Assembly (NCBI RefSeq): GCF_009914755.1
Contig: NC_060939.1
Origin: the human T2T-CHM13v2.0 reference genome, Homo sapiens
Reading direction: 5' to 3' (one strand)
Length of the DNA stretch: 64,000 nt
Position numbers and translations under genes: made by a program. Within the stretch, counting starts at the first letter, position 1. Each line of letters begins with the position of its first letter. The notes beneath the pieces are model-generated. The model did not search any database. It had not been told where the DNA came from and saw only the letters and a list, made by a program, of their open reading frames with translations. Below, piece by piece: positions 29,223 through 51,466 of this stretch.

Positions 29223-30489
29223 GGGAAAATAAAGAGAATGAAGAAAATAAAATTCATCAGTACCCCCTGCCAAATATTGGTATTTTTCTTTCTGGTTGGT
29301 TTCTTTCTCTACAAAATGTGAATAACGGTATTAACTGTACAGGAATGTTGTGAGGATTGAGTGAGAGAACGTATATAATAGTTAACATTCCAGAAGTGTT
29401 AGCTATTTTTATATGTAACAAAATCAGCACCAGACTGTATCTACTGTTTCTGTGCTGCCGTCTTCACAGCCAACATTGCTTCATGAACAGTTTCCCATTC
29501 AATTATGCTTTTTAAAATTGTATTTTTAGTGATAGTACAGTATTTTATTACATTTAAGTACAATTTATTTAAGTTATCCCCTATTGTTAAGCCTTTAGAT
29601 TGTTTCCAATTTTTGCTGTTAAAATAACAGAGAGATTAACATCTTTAAACATCTACCTTTGTCAGCATTTCTGATTATTTCCTTAGATGAATTTTTTAGA
29701 GGTAGGATTACTGGGACAAAGGGTGCAAATATTTTTCAGGCTTTTGACTCAGGTTACCAAATTGCTTCCCAGAAAGATCTTGCCAATTTACATTCCCACC
29801 TGCAGTGCGTGAGAATGTCTGCCCCACAGCACACAAAGGAGGGATTTTATTTTGGGATGGGTGAGATTTGAGTCTGTTGCTGAACCGAGGAAAATGAGCC
29901 CCCCAAGCCCCATAGCGAGGTAGAGTTTAAACTTCGGGACAGAGAGGGGATGTCAAAACAGGCAAAGTCCATGGGAGAAAGGGAGGGGATTTGGAGCAGG
30001 TTTACAGAGATTGTCTTGGATTTAAGAAGGGACACCTTATGTTTGGAGACTGATGGAAAGAGGTATGATTGGGTGTAGACAGAATCATTGTAAGGAGGTA
30101 GGTGGATTCAAGAGGCTAGTCCCTAGTGGCTACCTTTTCTCAGTCAAGTAGGAGGTTGGGTCATCTATCCAAAGGTAATAGGTGAGCCTGAGAAGGGGAC
30201 TTGAGGAGAGAGGTGCGACCCTTTAACTTGAGGACAATAAAAGAGTTGACTGTCCAGTTGAGGGTGATGACTTTGAGTTTGTCATGGCACCATTCTGCAG
30301 AGCTGTGGGTACTTTCTCTACAGCACGCAGTCACCTGGGGAAAGAAAAAGTCATACATATTAATTTAAACCAAATCTTTCAAAATGTGGTCAACAGTAGA
30401 AAACTATTTTTGGGGAGCTGGAGGGATTCATGGTAATGAAAAACTTGTGGGTTTCTGGAGTTGTACCGAACTTTCAAGGATCAGTTAAT

Positions 30490-32420
<1,931 letters not shown>

Positions 32421-32427
32421 ATATGCT

Positions 32428-33195
32428 GTGTGGTGTTCTGATATATATATTGGTTTTCGTCCATATATTGGCTCCTAACTCCCATAGCCCTTGTTACAGT
32501 CTTGTTAGAATGTTCAGTGTGTGAGGCCTCAGGAAACACAATCTCTCTTCTGCCCTCCTTTCACCTGCCCCAAGGCAGACATCTAATCTATCCCCACTTT
32601 TCTGATTGTGGGTCTTAAGACCCTCCCTGAGCGGATTCCACCTCATACCCTGAGGGGCAAGAATGTTTCCATAAAAATCCAAGAGGACTGGGTTCAGAGA
32701 GATCCAGATAGCTGAACACATGCAGGCTGACAGGAAGAACGCATTCATGGGCCTGGAGGGTGGTGTACCCCAACTCCATGGGGACAGAAGCTCCTGTGCT
32801 GGAGACCCTTCCAGAACTCGCTAGAGGTCTCTTCATCTGGCTGTTTATTTGTATCCTTTAAAATATCCTCCTTAGTAAACTGGTAAATGTGTTTCCCTGA
32901 GTTCCGTGAGCTGCTCTAGCAAATTAATCAAGCCTAAAGAGACGGGCGTGGGAACCCCAACTTGAAGTCAGTTGGTCCGAAGTTCTGAGGCCTAGAGTTG
33001 TGGCTGCGGGGAAGGAGGGAGAAGTCTTGGGAACTGAGCCCTCAACCTGTGGGATCTGACACTATCTCCAGGTAGATAGTAACAGATATGAATTGGAAGA
33101 CACCAGCCAGGTGTCTGCTGCTTGGTGGTGAGGGAAACCCACACACATCTGGTCACAGGAGGTTCTGTGTTGATGATTGTTGCTGTGTGATGTAA
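32428..33195. mobile_element. MER21-family LTR
   Basis: gagttccgtgagctgctctagcaaattaatcaagcc...ctgagccctcaacctgtgggatctgacactatctccaggtagatag. Confidence 0.75.
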
Positions 33196-33475
33196 AACAC
33201 TAAGTGATGTAAAACTTTAAGGTGAGAAATAAAACCAAAGTTAATAGAAGAAAATATAAGGGACTATCTTTGAAACTTGGGCTGGGAGAGGGACTCATTA
33301 AACAGAACTTCAAAGGCACAAACCCAAAGGCAAAAAATGCATTAATTTGATGACATCCAAATTAACTATTTCCATACAAAAGAGGATACTATGGACAATA
33401 GGTGACAGAATAGGTGAAGATATCTGTAAATCTAAAAATGATAAGGGATTAATACACAGAATATGCAAGTACCAT

Positions 33476-34051
33476 TGACACAGGCTTTTATTCTCAGTCA
33501 CTTTGCAAGCCAGGAACCTCTGGCTGGCAATGCCCCACCCAGGCCTCCCTTGACCACACTACCTGTTGCAGGAGATGGCCTGCCCACTTGGCCCACCCAT
33601 GCTGAGTATGGCTTGCACACCTGTTCCTGAGTTCTTGTCCTGTGCCCAAGAAGAATGAGGATGCACTGACAGTCAAAGAATGAGCAAGGCAGGGAATTTT
33701 ATTGAGTGATGAAACAGCTTTCAGCAGAGAGGGGATGCAGGGGTGGTCCGCCTACCCGAAGGCTGGAAAGTCCCCATAATATGACTAAGTCCGGGGCTTT
33801 TTACAAGCTCAGAATGGGGGAGGGGCAGGCCACAGGTAGTATTGGAAAAAGCAACATTCTATTGGTTAAAAGGCATTCAGAAAGAATCAGTTGGGAAAGG
33901 GAGGCAAAAAGAACAGAAGTTCTCATTCTGGGTTGCAGTTTCATCCAGGACCAGCAGTCCAATCTTTCAGCCTTCAGGCTGTTTTTGGCTTTAGGTGGGG
34001 TTTCACCGGGGACCTGCCCCTGTCTGCCTAGGCTGCCCCCTGTTGCTGTCA
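33476..34051 (-). mobile_element. ERV1 solo LTR (LTR1/LTR27-like) inserted into the start of a MER2
   Basis: TG...CA ends; the flanks CCAT and CTGT are interpretable as a CpG-decayed CCGT TSD. Confidence 0.7.
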
Positions 34052-34280
34052 CTGTCATCCCTCCATATCCATTGGGGATGGGTTCTACGCTCCCCCTCAG
34101 GTACCAAAATCCAGGACTGCTCAAGTTCCTTATTAAAAATGGCGTAGTATTTGCACAAAACTTGTGCGCAACGTCCTGGATACTTTAAATCATCTCTAGA
34201 TTGCTTATAGTATCTAATATAACGTAAATGCTATGTAAATAGTTGTTATACTGTGTGTTTTTTAAGTCATTGTATTGTTG
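34052..34280 (+). mobile_element. MER2 (TcMar-Tigger MITE), truncated
   Basis: gctcaagttccttattaaaaatggcgtagtatttgcac...tactttaaatcatctctagattgcttatag. Confidence 0.8.
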
Positions 34281-34307
34281 TTGTTGAGACAAGGTCTCAC
34301 TCTGTCC

Positions 34308-34770
<463 letters not shown>

Positions 34771-35640
34771 GACTCAATTATATTGTTGTGTAAAATATAC
34801 CCACTTTAAATATAAAGATCCATATAGACTAAAAGTAAAGAGATGGAGAAGGATAAGAAAGATATACCATGCTAACACTAATCAAAGAAAGCTGGAGTAG
34901 GTATATTCAGACAGAGCAGACTTCAGAGCAAGCAAATTAAACAGGGATAGGAGGGGCATTACATAATGACAAAGGGGTTGATTCTCCAGGAAGACATAAT
35001 CTTTAATGGGTATGCCCCTAACAACAGAGCATCAAAATACATGAGGCAAAAACTGATAGAACTGCAAGGAGAAATAGATGAATTCATTATTTTAGTTGGA
35101 GACTTCAATACCCCTTTGTTGAAAATGGACTGATCCAGCAGTCAGAAAATCAGTAAGGACATAGTTGAACTCAACAGCACCATCAATCAACAGGATATAA
35201 TTGACATCTATAGACTACTTCATCCAAAACAGCATAATACACATTCCTCACATGTACCGTTCACCAAAATAGACCACATTCTGGGCCACAACCTGCACCC
35301 TACCTAATTTAAAGGAACAGAAATATTACAATGTATGCTCTCAGACTACAATGGGATTAAACAGAAAGATAGCTGGAAAATCCCCCAAATACTTGGAGAC
35401 TAAACAACATACTTCTAAATGACATATGGCTGAAAAAGAAATCTCAAGAGAAACCAAAAACTATTTGCAACTAAATGAAAATGAAAACTCAAATTATCAA
35501 AATTTGAGGGATGCAGTAAAAGTGCTTAGAGGGATATTTATGACATTGAATGCATATATTAGAAAAAAGTTCTAAAATTATAATTCAAGCTTTCATCTTA
35601 GAAAAAGAACAACAAATTAAATGCAAGGCAAGGAAAAGGT
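34771..35640 (+). mobile_element. L1M ORF2 endonuclease-domain relic
   Basis: gatataccatgctaacactaatcaaagaaagctggagtag...gttggagacttcaataccc...atagaccacattctgggcca encode EN-like VGDFNTP and IDHILG segments. Confidence 0.88.
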
Positions 35641-36144
35641 AGCAGATCCCATAGAAGAATGGACAGTTTATCAAGAGAAAACTTATAAAAGTGGTAACCC
35701 AAACAGGCAAGTTAAGGGAATTATTAAAAATTAAAATCATTAGTAATCAAAGAAATTCAATTTTAAACAACAATGAAATATCAGCCTTACACCTAGAAGA
35801 CTGGCAAAAATTGGAAAGTTGGAAAATGTCAAGTGTTAGCAGGTAAGTGGAGATATAGTTTCCTTCACATGCTGCTGGTGGGAATGCAGATTGTCAACCA
35901 TTCTGGAGAGCAGTCTGATACATTAGATATACTAGATAAATTAAATATATGCACAGCCTGGGACCCAGCAGATCTACTCCTGGGTGTATATACACTCAGG
36001 ATAAGTAATCATACAGGTCCATCAGGGAATACAGATTAGAACATTGGCTGCTGTGTCAGTTCTGCTAGCAGGCAATTGGAGACAAGCAGTTGTCCATCTG
36101 GAGAGGAATAAATGGGTGAAATGTGAATGATGCATGTAGTAGAG

Positions 36145-36936
<792 letters not shown>

Positions 36937-38479
36937 GATGTATACATAGCAACATGAATGAATCTTAAAAACAGCCCTCAGTGACAAAGGTAGGAAGCAT
37001 AATGAGATAACTTGATACCATTTATAAATTAAAGTAGATGCACATATTTTTGTAATTTATTGTATATGTTACCAATTTTAAAAATGCATACACACAAAAC
37101 TTGAAATGGATCATAAGCCTAAATCTGGAAGCTGAAACTGTAAAACTTCAAGGAGAAAACATGGGAAAATCTTATGATTTGAGGTTAGGCAAAGATTTTA
37201 GGATTAAAAAAGCATGAATGAAAAAAGAAAAATGAATGAATTGGCATCATCAAAATTAAAAGCATCTGCTTTTCAAAAGGCACCATCAAGAAAATGAAAA
37301 GACAAACTGTAGCTTGAGAAAAAATATTTGCAAAACACACAAATGATAAAGGGTTTTGTGACAGTCATCAACTTATTGCTTCTTGGCTCCAAATTCACCC
37401 TTCTTTACCTGCTCTGTGATAATGGAGGTGGGTTAAATAAATATTTTTCTTTGATACATGATGTTAAGCCAGTAGTAGGCATGGGAGGAGGAAGAAATTG
37501 TCTCTTACTCTTTCCCTTTTCCTGAAAAGGGCAGCTTCTCCAGCTCCCAGTTCTGGCAGTGCATGGTAACCTTCAGTGCCCAGCTGACAGAAGCTTCCCT
37601 CAGCATCTTCTCTAAGTGGTGTGCCACTGGCAAGGCACCTGACCATGAACGGCTTCCCCCAGCACCCCATCACCTGAAGAATTTGCAGCAAGTTTCAAGG
37701 TATGGCACTTCTCTGTGGACAACACCCCCTAGTACCCTAAAGGGAAGATTCCACTATTACACTGTGAGCCACTTCAGTGTCTTCTCCACCACCCAGGATG
37801 CCATGCTGTGCTCTCCCCAGCAGGGTCTGGAGTTCTTCCTTGGACACTCTATCCTGCTGGCAGCGGCTGTTCCCTGTATTTGCCATTCTTGCATTCATCA
37901 GAGTTCTCTATAACTCTTATGAGTCGATTTCCCATTACTCAAATCTCCTGTTATTTCTTTATGTTAAACTTTACCTGTTTTCCATTTCTTGATTGGACAG
38001 TGATACCAAATTCTATCCAGAATATATACAGAAACCTCCCAACTCAATAATAAATAAAAACACTGACTTAAAATTGAACAAAAGATTTAGAGCTGTTTAC
38101 CAAATAAGATATAAAACAAACACTAACTTAAAAATAAGATATAAAACAAAAGATTTAAAGCTACTTCGCCAAATAAGATATAAGCACATAAAAAGATTCT
38201 CAACATAATTAGTCAATAGAGAATTGCATATTAAAACCACAATGAGATACCATTAACATCACAAAATGCTCAAATTTTAAAATCTTGACAATACAAGCTG
38301 AGGATGTAGAGCAACTGAAGCTCTTATTTCTTTTTCTTTTTACCTTTCCTTTTTTCTTCCCTGGGATGGATCCTGAGCAACTAGAACACTTATATATTGC
38401 TGATGGAAATGCAAAATGGGACATCGGTTTGGCAATTTCCGATAAAGTTAAATATATACTGATGTATATATCTCATTGT

Positions 38480-39350
<871 letters not shown>

Positions 39351-39496
39351 GGCTATTACTGAATGTAAATTATACCTTAATAAATTAACATAAGAAATAC
39401 ATATTTTCCAAAAATACAAAAACATTTACTGTAAACATAGTAAAGTGGTTGCCAAGGTATATGAGAGAGTGTGTAATATGAATATAAAAGAGAATG

Positions 39497-40146
<650 letters not shown>

Positions 40147-40199
40147 GTCTTTATTCTTAATCTAATCGGGCAACATGTAACCTAACGAAAATATCAGTG

Positions 40200-40700
40200 T
40201 TCCTCTAGGATACATATTTCTTTGTAGCTGTACCTTAGCAATCCATCTCCATGTGGGATAGTATAATTTTTTGTTTCTTTGCTTGTTTTGCTTGGGAGCA
40301 GTATGGTAAACATCTTGGACTTAGAGCAGAATAAATATGTAATTTATCACACATACTGTTACTCAGAAGTCCAGATTTGGTCTTCTTTAGTGTCCATTTT
40401 GAATTGCAGCTGATTCTATTACTAGTTTTATTAGAATTTGTTGATGATGTGCTGATTTTCTTTTGTTTATCGGCCCTTTTCACCCCAGCAACTTACATGG
40501 TGAATGACATTCATACACAAGGCACATTCTCCTGGCCATAACCATTTTTTTGTGGAATATTAAACATTTTATGGAGAAGTAAGGTGAATAGCCCCTCAGA
40601 TTTTTTTTGGCATGAGATTTATCAAAGCATTTTATAAACATATTAGTGGTGTAAAATCAGCCCTTTAAAGAACTTTTAAAAGCTCTGTCATTTTATAAGA
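40200..40700 (-). mobile_element. Probable hAT (Tip100-like) transposase C-terminal relic
   Basis: Minus-strand peptide TSNRISCNSKWTLKKTKSGLLSNSMCDKL loosely resembles the hAT dimerization motif (S/C-ERSFSxLKxxKsxLRSTM). Confidence 0.35.
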
Positions 40701-41144
40701 AAAAGTACACAAATATAACCAATCTAATTTTTTAAAGCATAAAGCTTTATTTAAATTAAAATTTTTTAAACAAGTTTAACATTTTTCCATGTCTTTCTAA
40801 TACAATAGATAACATCAGGAAAGGAACAAGTATGCACTGTTGCAGAATAAACATGAATTAATCTTATTTTACTATTTAAAACGATAACAGAATTTATGTA
40901 TATATATCAATATGACTATGATTATGAGAAATAGCACTTAACCATCAGTTTCTCTCCTTTTGATTTGGTAATCATTGCTGTTGTGTGGTTTATAACAGAA
41001 ATTATCCCTGGGTCATGCTCTCTCCTGTGTCTCCTAGACGTGGATGTAGTCTTTGTGTCTGAGTTGTCTCCCCTGCCTCTTTCCATATTAAGAATTCATC
41101 TATGGGTACGATTAACAAGAAAATTAAAGTAAGTATAAAAATCA

Positions 41145-41688
<544 letters not shown>

Positions 41689-41698
41689 TCACAGTTAG

Positions 41699-42329
<631 letters not shown>

Positions 42330-42574
42330 TTAAAACACATCCCCCCTCCATTATTGAGGTATAGCATAGATGGTTAATTTATTTTTAACAAATACTGTTC
42401 AAAATTCAGTTACTGAAGCACAATTTATGATTTATTTCTTGAGACAACTTTGCCTTTGATGATGACATAACAAGGTGTTGTTATGTCATCCAACAGCAGG
42501 ACTGTTGGAAAATGTATTTCTCAAACCATCAAATTCATGAAGGAAACAGTCTCTTTTGATTTTCCCTATTGAAA

Positions 42575-43015
42575 TATAACTTCACCAGACCAATCTGGTT
42601 CAACTGTAACAAAGGTTAAGTAACCTGAGCATACCCAGTGTGCATGAACCAAGCGTGCAATCACCAGAGGAACCTAAGTGCTCAAACCCAAGGAGCGGGG
42701 AGTGAATTAAGAAGTGGACACCACATGGCAGGATCCAGGATCCAATCAGATCAATCCCTGCTGTCACCTCATGGCAGGATCCAGTCAGATCATGCCTCCC
42801 AGCATCACTTCATTGCAAGATCCAATCAGATAACACCTTATTACCCTATACTTATAAAACCCAGCCCAGGCCCCCAGCTTGGGGGAGACAGATGAGCATT
42901 TTCCCATCTCCTTGCCAGTTGACTCAATAAACCTTTCTTGCTGCAAAAACTCAGTCCTTCAGTGTTTGCCTTTCCATTGCATGAGGGCAAATGGACCTGG
43001 TTTGGTGATGTAATA
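42575..43015 (+). mobile_element. ERV1 solo LTR (LTR45-like)
   Basis: Repeated gatccaatcaga CCAAT units, TATAAAA at ~42854 and AATAAA at ~42926. Confidence 0.65.
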
Positions 43016-43814
43016 TGTCATTTCCACACTTTTTTTGTTGAATATATAAATGTAAATTCAGCATTCAAAAATATAAAAGACTACAAATGAAAAGCAAGTT
43101 TCTTGTCCAGTGTTGTCCTGAAATCACTCATAATTTGTCCTCCCAGGAGGCAGCTAAGACTACAGTTTCTTGTGTGTACTTCCAGAGATATTTTATGTAT
43201 TCAATGAATTTTCACAATATAAGTATCTCTCATAAAACAGAAACGCAACTATCCTGGCTTAACCAAGCAGGAGTTTGGATTTCTCTAATGAGAGGTCTGG
43301 GGTGGGTGTAGCGTCTCCACTGTATCATCAATGTCCCGGCTTCTATCCATGTTTCTACTCAGTTACGCTTAATGTAACTGAGTAGTTACGTTATCTTGCT
43401 TATTAAGTCTTACGGTCACGGTCACGAGTTGACTGCTCCACCTTCACTCTCACATCTGCGTCTCAGAAATGAAGAAGTAGCAGGGAAGAGGGAAAGGTGG
43501 TTCCTGTATTAAAGCAGAAATGTCCTCAGATCTCCAGCTGTCTCCCATTTATATCTCTGTGGCCACAGTGGTGTCACATAGCCACTTGGAGGGAGCCTGG
43601 GGAGTGAACTATTTTATCTAGGCCCATTCCACTCTCAACAAAATTTCTCTTAGTAAAGAATGACAGCAAATAATTGCATACTATATATTAATCCTACCTT
43701 GCTTTTTTCACTTACCTACTGTATGTGACTCAGCATACGTGTCCTTCTCAGATAACAATCAATGTCATTTATTTATTTATTTCAATTTGTCATTTATTTA
43801 TTTATTTCAATGCC

Positions 43815-45439
<1,625 letters not shown>

Positions 45440-48349
45440 TAGGGCCCGTTCAATTGTATTTTTCTCAAATTCAAGCCAATCAGAATGGCACCTTTCACCT
45501 CAATTTTAACAGATACCAGGAACCAAGATCACCACACACACGCAATATAATGATGAAATTTCATGTTCAAATCACATAACTAAATGCTGATTTGTGAACA
45601 TTTTTAGATTTTCCTAGGTGATAAAAATGATACAGTCATTAGTTTTTTTCAAGGACAGTCTCCCACTTCTCCTGAGTTGGATGTGCCACCAGCCCACCTT
45701 AGAGCCAGCCCTGGGGAAATGCAGAGGGAGACAGAGGGCAAATTCGGTGTTTGTTATAATCATGTGTGATGCTATGTAAGAGCTATCTTTAGCTGTGTAC
45801 CTCCCTTATTCTTGAGGGGTAGAGTAAGGTGGGGTGACCACCAAAGGAAGCCAGCAGGCTTCGTTCGCCTCCAGGGAATGAGATTCCTTGTCTCCCTCTC
45901 TTTCTTACTTTGGCCACTGAAATTTCTCCAAAACTCTTCTTAGGAATAAAGAAAAAATCAAGGGTGCAGATTATGGCAAGAACATAGTTAAGGTATGCAG
46001 TTTTGTTTCATTTAATGAGAAAATATAGTGGTTGTGTTAAGAAATTAAATGGCTCACACATTGATCCTCATTGATATATATTGAATGTTGTTTATCAAAA
46101 ACATTGTGAATTTATTTGGTTTAAAACAAATATCAAACTTCAAATCAAACTTAAGTAGTAAGTCTAATATTAATGGAGATGAACTAGGATTCGAACTGAG
46201 CAAGGAGGGGGAAGGGATGGAGGAAGGAGGACTTTTTCTGTTTAAAATCTAAGGAGCCCTGGAACTTACAGAAATTCAGCCCTGTTTTTGGTACTAGGGA
46301 GATACAAAGATCAGATCTCTTCTGCCCCTGCTTGTAAGGCAGGAAATTTTCTGTCTACTTAAGTAGATGAGACACAAATCTGCAAAGTCATATAGCAGAA
46401 CAGGAAGCTACTGTCAAGAGATGTTACAAAGGGGCGGGGGAGAGTAGGGAGTTGAGGTGGCGGGTAAGGATATGCCAAGTGTCAAGTAGATAGTGCAGGA
46501 AAGAAATGCACATTTCTCCAAGGGGGTGGTATCCACAATGGGTTGGAATGGCCAGGGAAGCTATTCTCTCCCCTTCCCTTCCTTCCTTCCAGTTCTAGGC
46601 ATTGGGGGATACAGTGGTGAAGAAAACAGAAAGAAATCCTGCCCTTCTGGAATTTACATTCTAATGGGGGCAAGACAGACAACAAATGAAATAAATACAA
46701 ATAACAGTGTGTAAGACAGTGATACGTGCTATGGAAAAAATAAAACAGGGAAAAGGAATCAGGACTATTGGGAGAGTGTAATTTAAATATTATGGTCAGG
46801 GAAGGCCCCACAGAAAAGGCGACGTGAGTAAAAACTGAAGGAGATGAGGGAGGGAACCATGTCAGTATTCAGAGGAAGAACATTCGGAACAGAGGGAGCA
46901 AATATGCAAAGCACTTATTCGGCACCTACTGCATGCCCACATGACAGCAATAGCAATATGTGGCTATTTGCCAAACTGTCTTCATTCGTGAAACATTTAA
47001 GCTTACTACAGAAGATAAGAGTTTTTTTCTTTCCCATGAGGTTGAGAATATATGGAGGATGGGTTGCCCAGAAGCAGTGGCAACATTTGCATTAAAAGAA
47101 GGCAGCCTTTTAACCCGAGGAGGAGGCTGAGAATCCAATGACTTTTCTGTCATACGATTGAGGGGACAGGAGCCTAGTGATAATGGGACACGGAGCTTCG
47201 GCTGCAGAGCTCTCTTTTGTCCACAATTTAGGGCAACTGTCTTGCACTCTGCCTCCATCCTCTGGGTAGACTCAGTGGAGGAAACGTTTCCACAGGCACC
47301 AGGCAACCGGGCTCCTGGAAGCAGCAGACCCGGGAGAGGAGAGCAACTCCCCAGCTTGGTGTTAGATATCATCTGAGACTCCTTACACCCTCGCAGCTTA
47401 GAAGCTCCTCAGATTACCAGGCAAGGCAAAGTTGATTTTGACAATGTCTGGGGAAGGAAGGGCTGCTCTTCCTGGCTGGCTGGCATAATCAGACTCTGGA
47501 GGAGTCGGCCTGCCTATCAAAGGAGGTGAGAGCTAAGTTGTTGCTGCCTTTCCGCTTCAGGATGAATGGATTCCACCCCATTGAACTGGAGTGACCTGGT
47601 GCCTGGATTCTTTCATCTCTAAAATGGGAAAAATAATTGTTGCACATATATGGTGTTGAAATTATGGCCCTCAATTGGTGATAATTATCATTACTTAGTA
47701 TTAATAATTATTATTTGTGAAACTTCTCCCAGAATTGCTGCATGGATTGCAATGTCCAAATAAGCTTATAATGGGGCTTCCAGACACTAGCAGTGAGGCA
47801 GTTTCTGTAGAGGTTGAGTGGCGGCTCTTCACCGACTAACTGGGTTTGCGTCCCCCGCCTTTTTGTTTTCCTTTTTTAAAATACATTTTTTAAATATCAT
47901 GGAGTGTCACTATGTTGCCCAGGTTAGTGTCGAACTCCTGAGCTCAAGGGATCCTCCCACTTTGGCTTCCCAAAGTGCTGGGTTTGCATCCTGGATGGCC
48001 TCTTAGGAGCTGTGTGCCCTTGGGCAAGTTGTTTAACCTTCCTGAGCTCCTGTGTCCCTATCTTTAAAGTGAAAATAATAATAGCACGTTTTACTACTTG
48101 GAAGGAGGCTGGACCAGGTTTTCTACAGCCAGACCATCTACGCTTTCCAAAGGGCCTGGGCAGCAAGTGAGTATTAGTCTACTAAGAGTGTAATTATGTT
48201 ATATTAACAGCACCTACCTCCAAAGGTTGCTGCGAGCAGAGAGCACCTCACAGTGCTTTACAGCAGTGCCCGGCTATAACCATCACAGCATTATTATTAA
48301 TGTGATTAGCCTCATTTTGCAGATGAGGAAATATAGGCCCAGAGAGGTT

Positions 48350-48920
48350 AAGATACCCCACGCAGGGACCTGCAGCTAGTCGGTGGCAGGGATGGCGCTG
48401 GAATCCAGGGGTTCCCTCCAGAACCCCACAGCGGCCCATGCTGAAAACCAGACAACGCCCGCCCCCGCCAGAAGGCACCCTGGGAACGGAAAGCTGGCAG
48501 CCTTCCAAGTCCCAGGACGCGCTGGGGCCCAGCCCCCGCTCCGCCCTCCCCCATCCCTGGAACAAAGTACACTTCTGCCGCAGGAACATTCCAGCAAACT
48601 GAAGGCATCGCGGGCGCGGCCGCCGCCCCCGCCTCCCCACAGCTGCACGGAGCGTCCACGGCCCCAGGCCGAGCCCCACTGTGCCCCGCTTCCGACCCCG
48701 CCCGCCCTGCCGGCTCCCCGTCGCCCGCCGCGTGTGCAGACGCAATCGCACCGGAGGAATTCTCTGGTCTCTTTGCTAACCTCGGGACCCGCAGTTGCAA
48801 AGGCTGAGGGACGGGGTGGGCGGAGCAGACGCTGAGGACTGCGGTGCCCTTAGGGGCACGGAGTCGCTTGGCAGCAACCGCTCCTGGGCCCGCTGGTCCC
48901 CGGTCCTGGGCAGCCCCCAC
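48350..48920. promoter_or_regulatory. Orphan CpG island with GC boxes
   Basis: gcgggcgcggccgccgcccccgcctcccc and ccccgcccgccc; non-repeat sequence. Confidence 0.82.
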
Positions 48921-49114
48921 TGCCCCACTTTACTCCTTTACAGGATAAAGGCATGCTGTTGTTAATAACAAGTAGAACTAGGAGAAAGATCTCTATTAAT
49001 CCCACCAGGCTGAGACAACTGCTATTAATTCTGGTTATGTCCTTCCTGACTTTTTGTGTACACAAAAAACACAGATGTACATTAACACGAAATATCCTGC
49101 GATGATACTGTTTG

Positions 49115-49740
49115 TTTCTAAATTAACGAACTTTAGTTGTTAGAGCAGTTTTCAGTTAACAGAAATTTGGGAAGCTAGTGCAGCGTTCCCATATAACCTC
49201 TCACCGCTCCCTCAGTTTCCCCTGTTATTAATATCTTGCATTTGTCACAATTGATAAACCAGTATTGATATATTAGTATTCACTACATTTCATGGCTTAT
49301 ATTAAGGCTCACTCTTTGTGGCGTGAAGTTCTTTGCGTTTTGACAAATGCATAATGTCGCATATCCACCATTACAGTATCATACAGAACAATTGGCCCAA
49401 AAAATCCCCTGTGATCCCCTTGTTCACCTCTCACCCTCTAATCCCATGCAGTCACTGATCTTTTTACTGTTTCTATGGTTTGGCCTTTTCCAGAATGTCA
49501 TATAGTCGGAATCGTATAGTCTGTTGCCTTTTCAGGCTGGCTTCCTTCACAAAACAATATGCCTCTTAAGATTCCTTCATGTCTTTTTGTGGCTTGATGG
49601 CTCATTTCTTATTTATAGCTGAATAATATTCCATAGTACTGACGTACCACAATTTGTTTATCCATTCACCTTTTCAATTGCCTCCAGTTTTTGGCAATTA
49701 TGCAAAAGATGCTATAAACATTTGTGTGCAGGTTTATTTT
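49115..49740 (-). mobile_element. L1MB/MC 3' fragment
   Basis: ccttttccagaatgtcatatagtcggaatcgtatag...gctataaacatttgtgtgcagg. Confidence 0.8.
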
Positions 49741-50209
49741 ACTGCTTTCTGGCTTGCTTTTAAAAATTATTTCAGTCCAGGTGAGGTATGGAGTAAAGAA
49801 ACAAACAAACAAGTCATGAATGTCATTCAATATAAATGTAGATCTATATCATCATTTTAATGGCTACATAAGATACTATCAGAGTTTAACCAGCCCCAGT
49901 TGTACAACATAGATTGCTGTCTTCTTTGATTCTGACCTCATAAACCTGTAACAACTTGGTCTACACTTGATAGTATCTTGTAGTTGTTAAGGCTTAGTTG
50001 CTTGTGTCCTGTGTTCAAATCCCAGCCACTCCACTTAATTACTTGGTGTCCCTGGATAAAGTATTTAATTCCTTATGAGTCAGTTTCCTCTTTGTGAAGT
50101 GGGAATAATAATGGCACTTATTGTGAGGATTACATGAGCTGATACATGTAAGATGTTTAGAACAGTTTAGAACCTAGAGCAATACAAACTCATAATAAAA
50201 TTTAGCTCT

Positions 50210-51466
<1,257 letters not shown>

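Noticed and set aside
48248-48920. Overlapping 150-190 aa ORFs
   Set aside because: Expected stop-codon scarcity in a CpG island; low-complexity Arg/Pro/Gly/Ala peptides.
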